A DNA stretch of 64,000 nucleotides from Nanobdellota archaeon (GTDB lineage Archaea > Nanobdellota > Nanobdellia > Pacearchaeales > GW2011-AR1): assembly GCA_049324275.1 (NCBI GenBank), contig JBMOLG010000006.1:54056-118055 (forward strand). The letters are read 5' to 3'. A program made the translations under genes and the position numbers. This document shows, one piece after another, positions 21,520 through 31,389 of this stretch (positions within the stretch are counted from its first letter, which is position 1; the number at the start of each line of letters is the position of its first letter). Below the pieces are notes generated by a model, which worked only from the letters and a program-made list of their open reading frames with translations, did no database searches and was not told the origin of the DNA.

Positions 21520-22203
21520 ATGAAAAAAGATTTATGGGTGATAAGCCTCGGAGGAAGCAGGATTATTCCAGAGGATGTTGATTATAAATTCATAGAAGAA
21601 TTTAAGAGCTTAATAGAAAGGAATAAACATCATAAATTTGCTGTTGTTACGGGCGGGGGTTCTACTGCTAGGAGATATATGAAAGCTTTGAAGAAAATTG
21701 GAAAGAGAACAAAAGACCAATCTCTTGTCGGCATTAGCATAACAAGATTACACGCTAGCTTTCTCGCACGCATATTTGGAAAAGAAGCAAACGAAATAAT
21801 TCCGCAGAATATGAAAAAAGTAGAAAATCTTCTAAAAAAGAATCAGGTAGTTTTTTGCGGTGCCCTGCGATACAAAGATGAAAATACTTCTGACGGGACT
21901 GCGGCAGACCTGGCAGGATACCTAGGATGTTCTTTCATTAATATAACAAATGTCAAGGGTTTATATGATAAAAATCCGAAAACAAATAAAAATGCTAAGT
22001 TTATCAAAAAAATTTCTTGGAAAAGTTTTTACCAAATGGCTAATAAAATTAAATTTGAAGCAGGCCAGCATTTTGCATTAGATCAGCAGGCATCTAATAA
22101 GATAATGCAGAAAAAAATTCCTACTTATATTATTAATAATCTGAATGATTTGGAGAAAATTATCAATGGAAAAAAATTCAGCGGAACCTTAATCCAAGAT
22201 TAA
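21520..22203 (+). CDS. pyrH: UMP kinase, archaeal type
   Basis: ISLGGSRI, VVTGGGSTARRY, ITRLHA, TSDGTAADLA and the roughly 225-aa length match. tttaaaat at 21489-21496 is centred about 27 nt upstream. Confidence 0.85.
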   Translation: MKKDLWVISLGGSRIIPEDVDYKFIEEFKSLIERNKHHKFAVVTGGGSTARRYMKALKKIGKRTKDQSLVGISITRLHASFLARIFGKEANEIIPQNMKKVENLLKKNQVVFCGALRYKDENTSDGTAADLAGYLGCSFINITNVKGLYDKNPKTNKNAKFIKKISWKSFYQMANKIKFEAGQHFALDQQASNKIMQKKIPTYIINNLNDLEKIINGKKFSGTLIQD

Positions 22204-22578
22204 TTACTTTAATTTTTCATAGATCTTAGTTAAAATATCCGGATATTCTATTGGGCTATTATATGGAACAGATTCCCAAATTAATCTGTCATCTTTAAAT
22301 TCATCAGCGATGCATATTGTCCTGCCTGTTAAATTTATTTCAATATGGAGAATATTATGATCTGAAATATAAGTTATTTTTACGGGCTTTGAATTTAGGT
22401 TCAAACTTATTGGCTCTAAACTTACTCGTTCAATTATTCTTTTTCTTTTTTCACATAAATCTTCTATTGTATAATTTTTAATTAGATTAGTTTGACATAA
22501 CTGTTCAAGCATTACCTGTCTTCTTCTTTCTTTTAAAATTTTTTCAGCAATTAAGTTGTATAATGATATGGTTAGCAT
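22204..22578 (-). CDS. hypothetical protein (124 aa)
   Basis: Clean ORF abutting the pyrH stop. Confidence 0.4.
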   Translation of the reverse strand: MLTISLYNLIAEKILKERRRQVMLEQLCQTNLIKNYTIEDLCEKRKRIIERVSLEPISLNLNSKPVKITYISDHNILHIEINLTGRTICIADEFKDDRLIWESVPYNSPIEYPDILTKIYEKLK

Positions 22579-22674
22579 TTATTTTTTAATAAATGTAATT
22601 TTTTAAATTTTATTATTGTAGTCTCTTTTTAATAATTACAAATATAAATAAATCTCATATTTAATTCTAATGAT

Positions 22675-23253
22675 ATGACGTATGATATAATTTTGAAACA
22701 GGGCTTAGAAAAAGATTCCTTGACATTCAAAAAAGTAAAATCAAAATCTGAAATAGAGTTTAATCCTAAAATTGACGGCTATTTAATTGAGGCCGAGGAA
22801 AAGGAGATAAGAAAAATTGTAGAATCATTAAAGCACGAAAAAAAATTGATTGCTGTTTTGGCTAGAGATAATGAACATAATCGAAGAATGCTTGAAACTT
22901 GCAAGATAAACTATCTTGTTTTTCCGGAAGGGAATTATATAGAGAAAAAAGATACTTTGAGGCAAAGGGATTCGGGATTGAATCATGTCCTGGCCAAAAT
23001 TGCAAAAGAAAATAATATTTCAATTGTAATCAATTTTTCGGAAGTTTTGAAATGGAATGAAATAGAGCGAGCAAAAATTTTGGGAAGAATAATGCAAAAT
23101 ATTCGAATATGCAGAAAAGTCCGATGCAAAATCAAAATTGCAACATTTGCCGAATCGAAAGAGCAATTAAGAAATGTTTATGATTTGAAGGCTTTTGCTT
23201 TTTCTTTAGGCATGTCGTCTCAACAAGCCAATGATGCTTTTGTTTTTCCCTGA
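22675..23253 (+). CDS. RNase P protein component 3 (Rpp30/p30-like)
   Basis: DSGLNHVLAKIAKENNISIVINFSEVL...ILGRIMQNIRICRKV.CKIKIATFAES..QLRNVYDL resembles the archaeal p30 TIM-barrel consensus, judged from memory. Confidence 0.55.
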   Translation: MTYDIILKQGLEKDSLTFKKVKSKSEIEFNPKIDGYLIEAEEKEIRKIVESLKHEKKLIAVLARDNEHNRRMLETCKINYLVFPEGNYIEKKDTLRQRDSGLNHVLAKIAKENNISIVINFSEVLKWNEIERAKILGRIMQNIRICRKVRCKIKIATFAESKEQLRNVYDLKAFAFSLGMSSQQANDAFVFP

Positions 23254-23313
23254 TATGCTTGAAAATAATTTTAAAAAATTTGAAAGAGAATTTTTGTAAT
23301 CAATTATTTTTAT

Positions 23314-23628
23314 TCAAATTTTCACTTGAGGTTTTATAACTTCAGAATAAACGCAGCAATTTGAATATGATCCCTTACAATACAGCTGAATTTCAGCTAG
23401 TTCAACGTGAGCTTGATATATGGGATTTGAGGCAGACAGTCTTTTTCTTTCTCTAGATATTTTGGGAAGATTCTTCTTGCAATAATAGAAATATTTTCCA
23501 TCCTTTCCCAGAAATGGGCAGTTTTCATCATTCTCCGAATTGAGCTCTTCTAGAATTTTTCTTTCATCATTTGGAACAATATCATCAAGAGTTTTTATCT
23601 CGTTCCATGTTTTTGGTTTCATAATCAA
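23314..23628 (-). CDS. small Cys-rich hypothetical protein
   Basis: 104-aa ORF with six Cys, including a CC pair. Confidence 0.4.
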   Translation of the reverse strand: MIMKPKTWNEIKTLDDIVPNDERKILEELNSENDENCPFLGKDGKYFYYCKKNLPKISRERKRLSASNPIYQAHVELAEIQLYCKGSYSNCCVYSEVIKPQVKI

Positions 23629-23706
23629 ACTAGGTGATTCAATCTTTTAAACTTATCTCAACAAAACTTATAAAAAGCTCAAAAAATTATTTTTTTAAGG
23701 TGATTT

Positions 23707-25449
23707 ATGTTAAGCGAATTTATTTCAAGATTTTTTTCGAGTATGGCTATTAATTTTTCAACATTGCCAAAATCAGAATCAATAATTTTTGATATAGCAT
23801 TTATCCTTATAATCTCAGCTATCTTTGCTTTTATTGCACGGCTTTTAAAACAGCCATTAATTCCTGCATATGTTATTACAGGTTTGTTAATAGGCCCGCT
23901 TGTTTTCGGAATGGTGAAAAATGTTGATTTAATTTATGCTTTTTCAGAAATAGGGATTGCTTTTTTATTGTTTACAGCAGGCTTGGAAATTTCTTTCAAA
24001 AAAATCAAGGAAGCGGATTTAAATAAAATATTTCTTATTGGTATATTGCAGGTGACTTTAGTCTTTCTTGTTTCTTTATCTGCCATTGAACTTTTAAATT
24101 TTAACTTGATTCAATCTGCTTATATTGGAATAATTCTTGCTTTCAGTTCGACAATGGTTGTTGTTAAATTGCTTTCTGAAAAAAATGAATTAGTTACTAT
24201 GCATGGCAGGCTTATACTTGGAATTCTGCTTTTGCAGGATCTTTTTGCGATTTTTGCTATTATCTTGCTGACTTCAAGCGCTTCTTCTTATTCACTCATT
24301 CTGGGATCTATATTCAAACTTGCAATCATTTTATTAATAGCTCTTCTTTTAAAAATATATATTTTGGATTCTTTGTTTAAATTCGCAGCACGCTCACAAG
24401 AATTGCTATTTTTATGTTCTCTTGCAGTATTATTTTTGTTTGTAGCTATTACAAGAATAATGGATTTGTCGATTGTGATCGGGGCTTTTATATCTGGAAT
24501 TCTGTTGGCAAATTCACAATTTAAAACAGAATTATCTTCGAAAATTTCTCCGTTGAGGGATTTTTTTTCAATCTTATTTTTTGTTGCGTTAGGCATGCAA
24601 ATTGTTTTTTTAGGAATCTCTGACAAATTGAACTTATTTCTATTTTTGATTTTTGGAGCATTTTTATTAAAGCCTTTTCTTTCTGTATTATTGTTGAGGA
24701 TATTCGGATATAAAGCTAAAACCAGCTTTCTAACTTCTCTTTCCCTTTCACAACTTTCAGAATTTTCTCTTATAATTGGTATGCTTGGATTGAACATGGG
24801 AATATTTGACCAGGCGACATTTTCAACAATCATTTTAGTAACTATCGCTTCAATGGCTTTGACAACTTACTTTATTGAGTATCAGAATATACTTTATGTT
24901 TTTTTCAAAAAGCCTATTGGAATCTTTAAGTCATTTCCAACATTAGAAAAATCAGGTTATAGCGATAATGAAGAAAAGGAAGTGATACTGATTGGAGCAC
25001 ATAGGATGGGGAGCGTTCTTCTCAGAGAACTTATTAATGAAATGGGCAAAAAAAACATTTTAGTAATTGACTATAATCCCGAAATTATAAATCATTTAAT
25101 CAACAAAAAAATTCCATGTCTATATGGTGAACTTGGGAGCCCGGAACTTTTCGAGCATTTAAAATTAAAAAAGTTGAATCTTGTTATCAGCACTGTTCCA
25201 AATTATGAAGAAAGTGATGCATTAATTAAGAAAATTAAAATGCAAAATAAGAGCGTTAAAGTTATCGTCACTGCAACAAGAATAAGTGAGGCTCTTGAAC
25301 TTTATAATTCCGGGGCAGATTACGTCATTCTTCCTAAGCTAATCGCAGGAGATGAATTTGCAAGGATATTAAGCAACAGCAAAAATTTAGAAAATGCAAA
25401 AAATGAGCACATTAAAAAATTGAATTTGGATCATAATATTCTATATTAA
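23707..25449 (+). CDS. CPA2-family cation:proton antiporter with C-terminal TrkA-N/RCK domain
   Basis: The multi-TM Na_H_exchanger-like N-terminus (QPLIPAYVITGLLIGP) is followed by a Rossmann-type ILIGAHRMGSVLLREL... domain. Confidence 0.85.
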   Translation: MLSEFISRFFSSMAINFSTLPKSESIIFDIAFILIISAIFAFIARLLKQPLIPAYVITGLLIGPLVFGMVKNVDLIYAFSEIGIAFLLFTAGLEISFKKIKEADLNKIFLIGILQVTLVFLVSLSAIELLNFNLIQSAYIGIILAFSSTMVVVKLLSEKNELVTMHGRLILGILLLQDLFAIFAIILLTSSASSYSLILGSIFKLAIILLIALLLKIYILDSLFKFAARSQELLFLCSLAVLFLFVAITRIMDLSIVIGAFISGILLANSQFKTELSSKISPLRDFFSILFFVALGMQIVFLGISDKLNLFLFLIFGAFLLKPFLSVLLLRIFGYKAKTSFLTSLSLSQLSEFSLIIGMLGLNMGIFDQATFSTIILVTIASMALTTYFIEYQNILYVFFKKPIGIFKSFPTLEKSGYSDNEEKEVILIGAHRMGSVLLRELINEMGKKNILVIDYNPEIINHLINKKIPCLYGELGSPELFEHLKLKKLNLVISTVPNYEESDALIKKIKMQNKSVKVIVTATRISEALELYNSGADYVILPKLIAGDEFARILSNSKNLENAKNEHIKKLNLDHNILY

Positions 25450-26531
25450 ACATTAACTTTTAGCTTATCGATTTCTTCTTTAAAGAAAATGCCCTTTTCT
25501 TCGTCTAAAAATTCTTCCAACACTGCAAGGTCTGAATTCAAGATCTTGCCAAGATTTCCCAACTTTGATATCAGTTCGGCAATTTCTGCATCCTGCAAAT
25601 TTGTCTTGGATAAAATTCTCCATCCGCGAATATTTGTAGTGCGTGGCATTGCTTCAAATCCAAGAGTCCTTAAGATATTATTAATATCTAAAAGATCATC
25701 ATATGATAGGATATTCAAAAAAAGGTTGGATCGCTTTAAATTAAGCTTTGTATAATCTTTTATTGAAAGATTTATTTCTTTATCAACACCGTTAATTAAT
25801 TCTTTAAGTCGCGTTTTTAGGATTGTTCCCTCACTGCCTATTTCAATTATATTCTTCTTTAATTCCCCTACGATCTTTTGGATAAGTTTTCCTTTTTGAA
25901 TCAATTGAACTGCAAGATTCAAACTTGAATGGCCTCTTAATTCGACTTTATTCAGCTTTTCCATTAAAGTGTCAAATTGCTCGCGCTCTTTTTCTATCAG
26001 CTGTATGTAAGTGCTTGTTTTTCTTAAAATATCGTCGGTATTTTTTAATGGGTATTTTATGCTTTTGTAAAACAAAGAAATTTCATGCTTTCTTTCAGAG
26101 ATTGCAATTGCCAGGCCTGCAATTTGTTTTGCGGTTCTTTCGGCAGCTTTGTGCCTGGTTCCGGTTTCTGAAGCTTTTATTTTTGCGTCTGGCGTTAAAA
26201 GGACATTTGCATATAATATTCGCTTCATGTCTTTTGCTAAAATTATTGCACCATCCATTTTTGAAAGCTCAATTAATCTTTGAGGCGTAAACCTGCAATT
26301 TACCTTAAAGCCTCCATCCAGCAATGGAAATAGAAATTCATTCTCAATTACAATTAATGCTCCTTTTCCTGTTTTAAGTGCGCCATCCAGTGCAGTCCTT
26401 AAATTAGTCCCAGGGGCAACTAACTTTAAAATACTTAAGAATTCTTCTTCGGGTATTTTTTTGATATTTTGGGAAGTAATTGTTTTTTGCACTTCTTTTG
26501 GAATAAGCACTTCCTGAACCTCTGGTGCCAT
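25446..26531 (-). CDS. disA: DisA-type diadenylate cyclase (DNA integrity scanning protein)
   Basis: The DAC motifs are LVAPGTNLRTALDG, GALIVI, MDGAIIL and ETGTRHKAAERT, followed by a helical linker and a C-terminal HhH. The length is DisA-like. The track start is 26543, but ATG 26531 fits the TATA-like box at 26553-26560. Confidence 0.85.
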   Translation of the reverse strand: MAPEVQEVLIPKEVQKTITSQNIKKIPEEEFLSILKLVAPGTNLRTALDGALKTGKGALIVIENEFLFPLLDGGFKVNCRFTPQRLIELSKMDGAIILAKDMKRILYANVLLTPDAKIKASETGTRHKAAERTAKQIAGLAIAISERKHEISLFYKSIKYPLKNTDDILRKTSTYIQLIEKEREQFDTLMEKLNKVELRGHSSLNLAVQLIQKGKLIQKIVGELKKNIIEIGSEGTILKTRLKELINGVDKEINLSIKDYTKLNLKRSNLFLNILSYDDLLDINNILRTLGFEAMPRTTNIRGWRILSKTNLQDAEIAELISKLGNLGKILNSDLAVLEEFLDEEKGIFFKEEIDKLKVNV

Positions 26532-26848
26532 GCCACAATCCATTTTTTTTTGTTTTTAAAGGTTTGGAACTTCTCATAAGTAAGAATTTTAGTATGGATA
26601 AATTTTTTTAAAGAAGATATATAAGGATTGACATACCCCATATTATTTTTTTGAGAGAGAAACATTTATAAAATAAATCTATTCAGGATTTTAATGGATA
26701 AAGAAAATCATTATGAGGATGAAAAACATAGATATAGCAGAACTGATCTTACTTGTTTAAATAATCCTGCCCCAAATTTGCAAAGTGTCTTTGACCGCTA
26801 TCATGAAAAAAGTTTAGAAGAACAGAATGGCAATCTTGAAAAAAAGAT

Positions 26849-27682
26849 TCAAAAATAAGTCAAGCCATTAAAATCAATTTTGAATTCTATGACATTGCTC
26901 TTAAACTTGGAAATTAATTTTTTTCTATCTTTGCAAAAAAATAATATGCTTCCTCCTCCTCCCGAGCCGCATATCTTTGCCGAAATTGCTCCATTTTCAA
27001 ATCCTTCTTTAATGAATTTTTCCATCTTAGGATTAACAATATCTTTGTGAAGTTTCTTTCTTTCTTCGGTCTCGCTATTTAAAAGCTCTGAAAATCTTTC
27101 AAGATTTTTCTTTGATAATGCGTTTTTCATTTCAATTGCAATTTTTTTGATGTTTATAAGATTCTGCCGATTTTTCCCTTTGATTAGATTGTCTATCATT
27201 AATTTATTTGCACTTCCTGAGAAATGTTCACCTAAATATACAATTACCAAAGAATTCTCTAGCTTATTGAGAAATTTTTTATCAAGATTCAGATGATTGA
27301 TTTTGACCTTGTCATTCTTAAACTCTAAAAAATTAATTCCGCCCAAAGCAGCTGCATATTGATCTTGCTTGCCCCCAACAAGGCCTTGAGACTGCTCTAA
27401 TTTATATACATTTTCAGCTAATTCTATTTTATTGTTTGTCTTTGATATTAATGCCAGCCATACAAGATTCATTACTCCGCTCGTCCCTAACCCTGAAGAA
27501 GTGGGGATATCTGCATGATATTCTAATTTTGTTTCTTTATCTGTTGCAACTAATTCACCAATTACATAATGGTTGATTGCGCAATTAAGAACCGCCCCGC
27601 CTTCTATTTTTGTGAATGGATAGATGTCAGTAGTTCCCCCTCCAAAATCAATCCTTATTGGAGCTTTTACTCTTTTTATCAT
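26849..27682 (-). CDS. GHMP-family sugar kinase
   Basis: APIRIDFGGGTTDIYPF..GGAVLNCAI and PTSSGLGTSG (GHMP motif II) resemble heptose/fucose-type GHMP kinases. Confidence 0.7.
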   Translation of the reverse strand: MIKRVKAPIRIDFGGGTTDIYPFTKIEGGAVLNCAINHYVIGELVATDKETKLEYHADIPTSSGLGTSGVMNLVWLALISKTNNKIELAENVYKLEQSQGLVGGKQDQYAAALGGINFLEFKNDKVKINHLNLDKKFLNKLENSLVIVYLGEHFSGSANKLMIDNLIKGKNRQNLINIKKIAIEMKNALSKKNLERFSELLNSETEERKKLHKDIVNPKMEKFIKEGFENGAISAKICGSGGGGSILFFCKDRKKLISKFKSNVIEFKIDFNGLTYF

Positions 27683-27725
27683 TTCACCTCTTTTAATTTA
27701 CTAATTCAATATTTTTAAAGATTTG

Positions 27726-28358
27726 TTATTGTTTTATCTCATTAATGCTTATCCTTTTTCCCTTGTTGTAATCGTTAAAAAATCCGCTTAATGATTTTGC
27801 AGTTCTAATGGCTTTCCCGTTGTGATAAAGTTCATTTAATTTTTGTGCAATATTTTTGACTGCTATCTTTGAACCTCTGTTGTATTCCTTATTTGTCGAG
27901 GTTGCCATGGTTAGGGCAGAAAGCTTTTCTTCCTCTGTCCAAAGAGTAAACCCGCTTGCCTTAGCTACTTGTTTTCCATTTTTTTGATATATTTTATAAT
28001 CAAGTTTAGTTCTTTTTCTTTTAAATTTCCTGTTAATCTTAGCAAGATTAGATGAGCGATGTTGATAAGCTAAATTAGAGTATTCTTCATAGGAAATTAA
28101 TCCATCATAATTCTTTAAGTTAAGAAAATCAAATCTCAATAAATATCCTTTAAGAGCATATCTTACTGCTTCAATTGCCGTAGAGGATGGAACAGAACAA
28201 TAATTTGATATTTCAAGATCTTCCACTATTTGTCTTAATGATTTTCCTTTTCTAAAGGCATCTGCCATAACAGGAAATTCTTTTTGCAATTCTTTTCCTA
28301 GCATAATTGCTTGTTTAATAGCTGAAATTTTGTTTGATGTTAAACGTACAGCTGCCAT
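27726..28358 (-). CDS. hypothetical protein (210 aa, basic)
   Basis: Clean ORF between two kinase genes. No motif recognised. Confidence 0.45.
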   Translation of the reverse strand: MAAVRLTSNKISAIKQAIMLGKELQKEFPVMADAFRKGKSLRQIVEDLEISNYCSVPSSTAIEAVRYALKGYLLRFDFLNLKNYDGLISYEEYSNLAYQHRSSNLAKINRKFKRKRTKLDYKIYQKNGKQVAKASGFTLWTEEEKLSALTMATSTNKEYNRGSKIAVKNIAQKLNELYHNGKAIRTAKSLSGFFNDYNKGKRISINEIKQ

Positions 28359-28406
28359 AGCAGAAAAATTTTTTGAGCTTTTATAAATTTTTATATGATC
28401 CTAAAA

Positions 28407-29237
28407 TCATCGAATTAACAATGAAGCGCCCATAGTTCCCGGATGTTCCAATCTTGTCCAATCAATTGGGGTTTCTTTTGGAAGAATGCAATATTCTTTC
28501 ACATATTTTTTTATTATATCCAAGAAGGTATTCCCTGTCTCTTTCAATCCTCCAGTTAAAATTACAATTTCCGGATCAAAAGCAACTATTAGCGAAGCAA
28601 TTCCCTGTCCAAGATATTTTGCAGTCTCTTCTAATATTTTTTTTGATTCTTCGTTATTTATCTCAATGAGTTCATTTATCGTCAGGGCATTTCCAAATTC
28701 TTCCGCAGTTAATTTTTTTGAATTTTGCCAGAGCTTTTCCAAATCTTTTCCATTGTCTATAATTATATGCCCTAATTCGCCTGCATAACCTGTCCCACGA
28801 TATAATTTTTTATTAATTATTATGCCTCCACCTATGCCTGTTCCTAATGTTAAAATTATGAAATTTTTTTTCTTGCAGCCTAATTTTGATTCTGCTAATG
28901 CCACACATTTTGCATCGTTTTCCACTTCGACCTTTATCTTGAATTTTTTCTTTACAGCTTTTTTTAGGTCGAAATTTTTTAACGCAAGGTTTGGCGGATT
29001 TTGTATCATTCCATTTTTCAATGGTCCAGGACAGGCAATCCCAATGCCCTTTACTTCATTGCTCATAAATTCAGAAATAGAATTGAATAATTCCTCAACA
29101 AGCACGTCCGCATTTTTTGGGGTGGATTTTTTATTGTAGCATAAGACTTTATTATTTATTACCAAGGCTGTACGCAAATTAGTTCCCCCTAAATCTACAG
29201 CAATAATTTTTTCTCCCATTTCACCTCTTAAATTCAA
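28407..29237 (-). CDS. ROK-family glucokinase/sugar kinase
   Basis: IAVDLGGTNLR, TLGTGIGGGII and GYAGELGH are ROK motifs. An alternative start lies at 29219. Confidence 0.85.
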   Translation of the reverse strand: MNLRGEMGEKIIAVDLGGTNLRTALVINNKVLCYNKKSTPKNADVLVEELFNSISEFMSNEVKGIGIACPGPLKNGMIQNPPNLALKNFDLKKAVKKKFKIKVEVENDAKCVALAESKLGCKKKNFIILTLGTGIGGGIIINKKLYRGTGYAGELGHIIIDNGKDLEKLWQNSKKLTAEEFGNALTINELIEINNEESKKILEETAKYLGQGIASLIVAFDPEIVILTGGLKETGNTFLDIIKKYVKEYCILPKETPIDWTRLEHPGTMGASLLIR

Positions 29238-29267
29238 GGAAAATTCATTTTAAATAAGTTTCTAGAT

Positions 29268-29735
29268 TTAAAAAATTTTTTCAGGAATAATACCCTTGAT
29301 TTTATAACTATCTAAATTTCTTTTTCGGTTGAAATATTTTTTAAAAGTTTCTGAAGTTGCGAATAATCCTGCTTCAATTCCTCTTATTTTCATCTCTAGC
29401 AAGGTTTCAGGCATTGTTAGGGTTTTTCTATCTATTGACAATGTGTATAGAGCTGGACCAGAATATAGATAATTAATGCCAAATCCAAAAATATGCGTAA
29501 TCTCTGGAAATGAAATAGCATAAGGTATAAAATACTTAATATTTTGTTGATGCCTCTTGTTTAATATGCCCTGGATTTGATTTTCTATAGATTCTACATG
29601 CAGTTCGCGTTTAGATTCATTCTTTTTATTAAATGCTTCAATGTTAGCAAAAAATATCAATGCCTCACAATCTTCTATTAAATGAATTTTTTTCATTTCG
29701 CTTACATATCCTTGGTATTTTTCTATTTCTTTCAT
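29268..29735 (-). CDS. hypothetical protein (155 aa)
   Basis: Clean ORF, 1 nt from the upstream gene. Confidence 0.45.
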   Translation of the reverse strand: MKEIEKYQGYVSEMKKIHLIEDCEALIFFANIEAFNKKNESKRELHVESIENQIQGILNKRHQQNIKYFIPYAISFPEITHIFGFGINYLYSGPALYTLSIDRKTLTMPETLLEMKIRGIEAGLFATSETFKKYFNRKRNLDSYKIKGIIPEKIF

Positions 29736-29736
29736 T

Positions 29737-30183
29737 TTATTGCCTTAATAAATTTTTATTGTCACGGTAAAATTTCAGATTTTCAACAACATCCATATCA
29801 GCTTCTGCAATCCTTCCAATATCGCATAAATTTATTTTTTTTCCGGTGCTGTCATAGCGAAGTTCAATTTGTCCTTCATTACAAAGATTTTGATATGCAT
29901 CATTTCCTACAAATATTTCGTAGTTCCCTACAAAATTCCAAGCACGCATTTCTTCTTTCACGCCTATGCCTAATCCATTTCCTTCTAATCTTTTTTCATT
30001 ATTCAATGATGCAGTAATCTTTCCCTGATCTTTCGGATTCATTAAATTTATAACTACTCCTTCTAATGTTTTTCCAGTCAATTTTTCTATTTCTTTATGT
30101 TCAAAATATACAATGATATCTCCTTGTGAATCTCTGCTTGCGACTACCATAACCTTAAAATAACAACCATATCTTTTAAACAA
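29737..30183 (-). CDS. hypothetical protein (148 aa)
   Basis: Clean ORF in the minus-strand cluster. Confidence 0.45.
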   Translation of the reverse strand: MFKRYGCYFKVMVVASRDSQGDIIVYFEHKEIEKLTGKTLEGVVINLMNPKDQGKITASLNNEKRLEGNGLGIGVKEEMRAWNFVGNYEIFVGNDAYQNLCNEGQIELRYDSTGKKINLCDIGRIAEADMDVVENLKFYRDNKNLLRQ

Positions 30184-30199
30184 ATTGTTAATTCAAAAT

Positions 30200-30532
30200 C
30201 TATTTTCTACCATATTTATCTTCAAAACGAATTTCATCCTTTTCGTCGAATTTCCCTTTGGCAATTTCTATGAATCTAACCACATTATCTTCAGCAATCA
30301 CTCTATGTTTCATTCTTTTTTTCACTTCAATTGTTTCGCCTGATTTTACATGAATTTTATGTTCATTAAGCTGGACAACTGCATCATCAAAAAAGTACCA
30401 TAATTCATTCCGCTTTTTATGCGCCTGCAAACTTAATTCTTCTCCGGGATTTACAACAATAACTTTTACAGTGCATTTTTCATTAAAAGCAAATTGCTTG
30501 AATAAGCCCCATGGCCTTTTTACCTCTTTCAT
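30200..30532 (-). CDS. cupin-type mannose-6-phosphate isomerase (type II PMI domain)
   Basis: RPWG.F, VKVIVVNPGEELSLQAHKKRNELWYF and EDKYGR match the ManC C-terminal cupin. Confidence 0.85.
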   Translation of the reverse strand: MKEVKRPWGLFKQFAFNEKCTVKVIVVNPGEELSLQAHKKRNELWYFFDDAVVQLNEHKIHVKSGETIEVKKRMKHRVIAEDNVVRFIEIAKGKFDEKDEIRFEDKYGRK

Positions 30533-30573
30533 CTTTTCTATTGGGCGTCTTTGTTCTTTATATTTTTTTCTTT

Positions 30574-31287
30574 TTAACCTTCAATTAAAAATTGATTAAT
30601 ACATATGTAACTCATTTGTTTTTTTGCCAATTCTTCATGAATATAAGATTTTTCCCTTATATGGCAGGCTCCTATTATTGCTAAATCAACTTTATTATTA
30701 TAACTAAAAATTACTTCTGCGAATCTTGCTTCCCTAAAAGCATGATGTTTTCTTGAACATTTGTTTGAACTAAATTCAATTCCATTTTGTTCTTCATAAA
30801 AATGACTTTCTGCATAAGAATAATCACATCCTATAATTCTTTCTAAATTTCTTAATAGCTTTGGCTTATTAAGAATCTCTCCAAGATTTCCTTCAAAGTC
30901 AAGTTCTTCATAAACTAATTCATATGAATTTAATTCATTTTTTATTTTATTTTTTTCAATCCATTCTTTAAAGTTTCCATTTGAAATATCAATAACTTCA
31001 AAATCTTTGGATTTTTTATTTGCCCATAATTTGACCTTTTCGGGGGTGATATAATCCTGATTTTCATATATCCTTTTTCCTTTCAAATCAAAGATATAAT
31101 TTCTTGCAAATTCATGCAAAACTGCCCGAGACTTTAACATCTTTATTAATTCTATCTGAGCTTCAACAATGGCTTGATTTGCATGGTTTTCTCCTAATAT
31201 TGCGAATTCTGGATTATCCCCGAAAATTCTAATATTATAATTATATTTTTTATTCCATTCATTTATATTTTCTAGTAGATTTTTCAT
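30574..31287 (-). CDS. possible ChaN/Tiki/EreA-superfamily protein
   Basis: ILGENHAN (GExH) near the N-terminus and IIGACHI near the C-terminus resemble the Tiki/ChaN superfamily signature. Unverified. Confidence 0.35.
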   Translation of the reverse strand: MKNLLENINEWNKKYNYNIRIFGDNPEFAILGENHANQAIVEAQIELIKMLKSRAVLHEFARNYIFDLKGKRIYENQDYITPEKVKLWANKKSKDFEVIDISNGNFKEWIEKNKIKNELNSYELVYEELDFEGNLGEILNKPKLLRNLERIIGCDYSYAESHFYEEQNGIEFSSNKCSRKHHAFREARFAEVIFSYNNKVDLAIIGACHIREKSYIHEELAKKQMSYICINQFLIEG

Positions 31288-31389
31288 ACAATTTTTTAGT
31301 TTTATAGATTATAAATCTTTTTAATTTACTACTATATAGTTAATTTTGATTTTGGAACACTTAAAAATATTGCTTTGTAAAAATAGGTC

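Noticed and set aside
24288-24833. 181-aa ORF antisense to the CPA2 antiporter. Similar shadow ORFs are 21140..21349, 25489..25755, 25925..26290, 26435..26665, 28454..29139 (three ORFs), 29682..30017, 31527..32747 (five ORFs), 33701..34247, 35939..36130, 36474..37023, 37358..37636, 38898..39431, 40853..41050, 41322..41504, 42268..42665, 43006..43218 and 44227..44538
   Set aside because: They overlap better-supported genes and have no motifs. Their composition is consistent with shadow ORFs.
26694-26858. 54-codon plus-strand ORF (MDKENHYEDEKHRYSRTDL...) in the disA / GHMP-kinase intergenic region
   Set aside because: It is below the track threshold, has no motif, and its 3' end overlaps the convergent kinase stop. 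It may be real, but I cannot support it.
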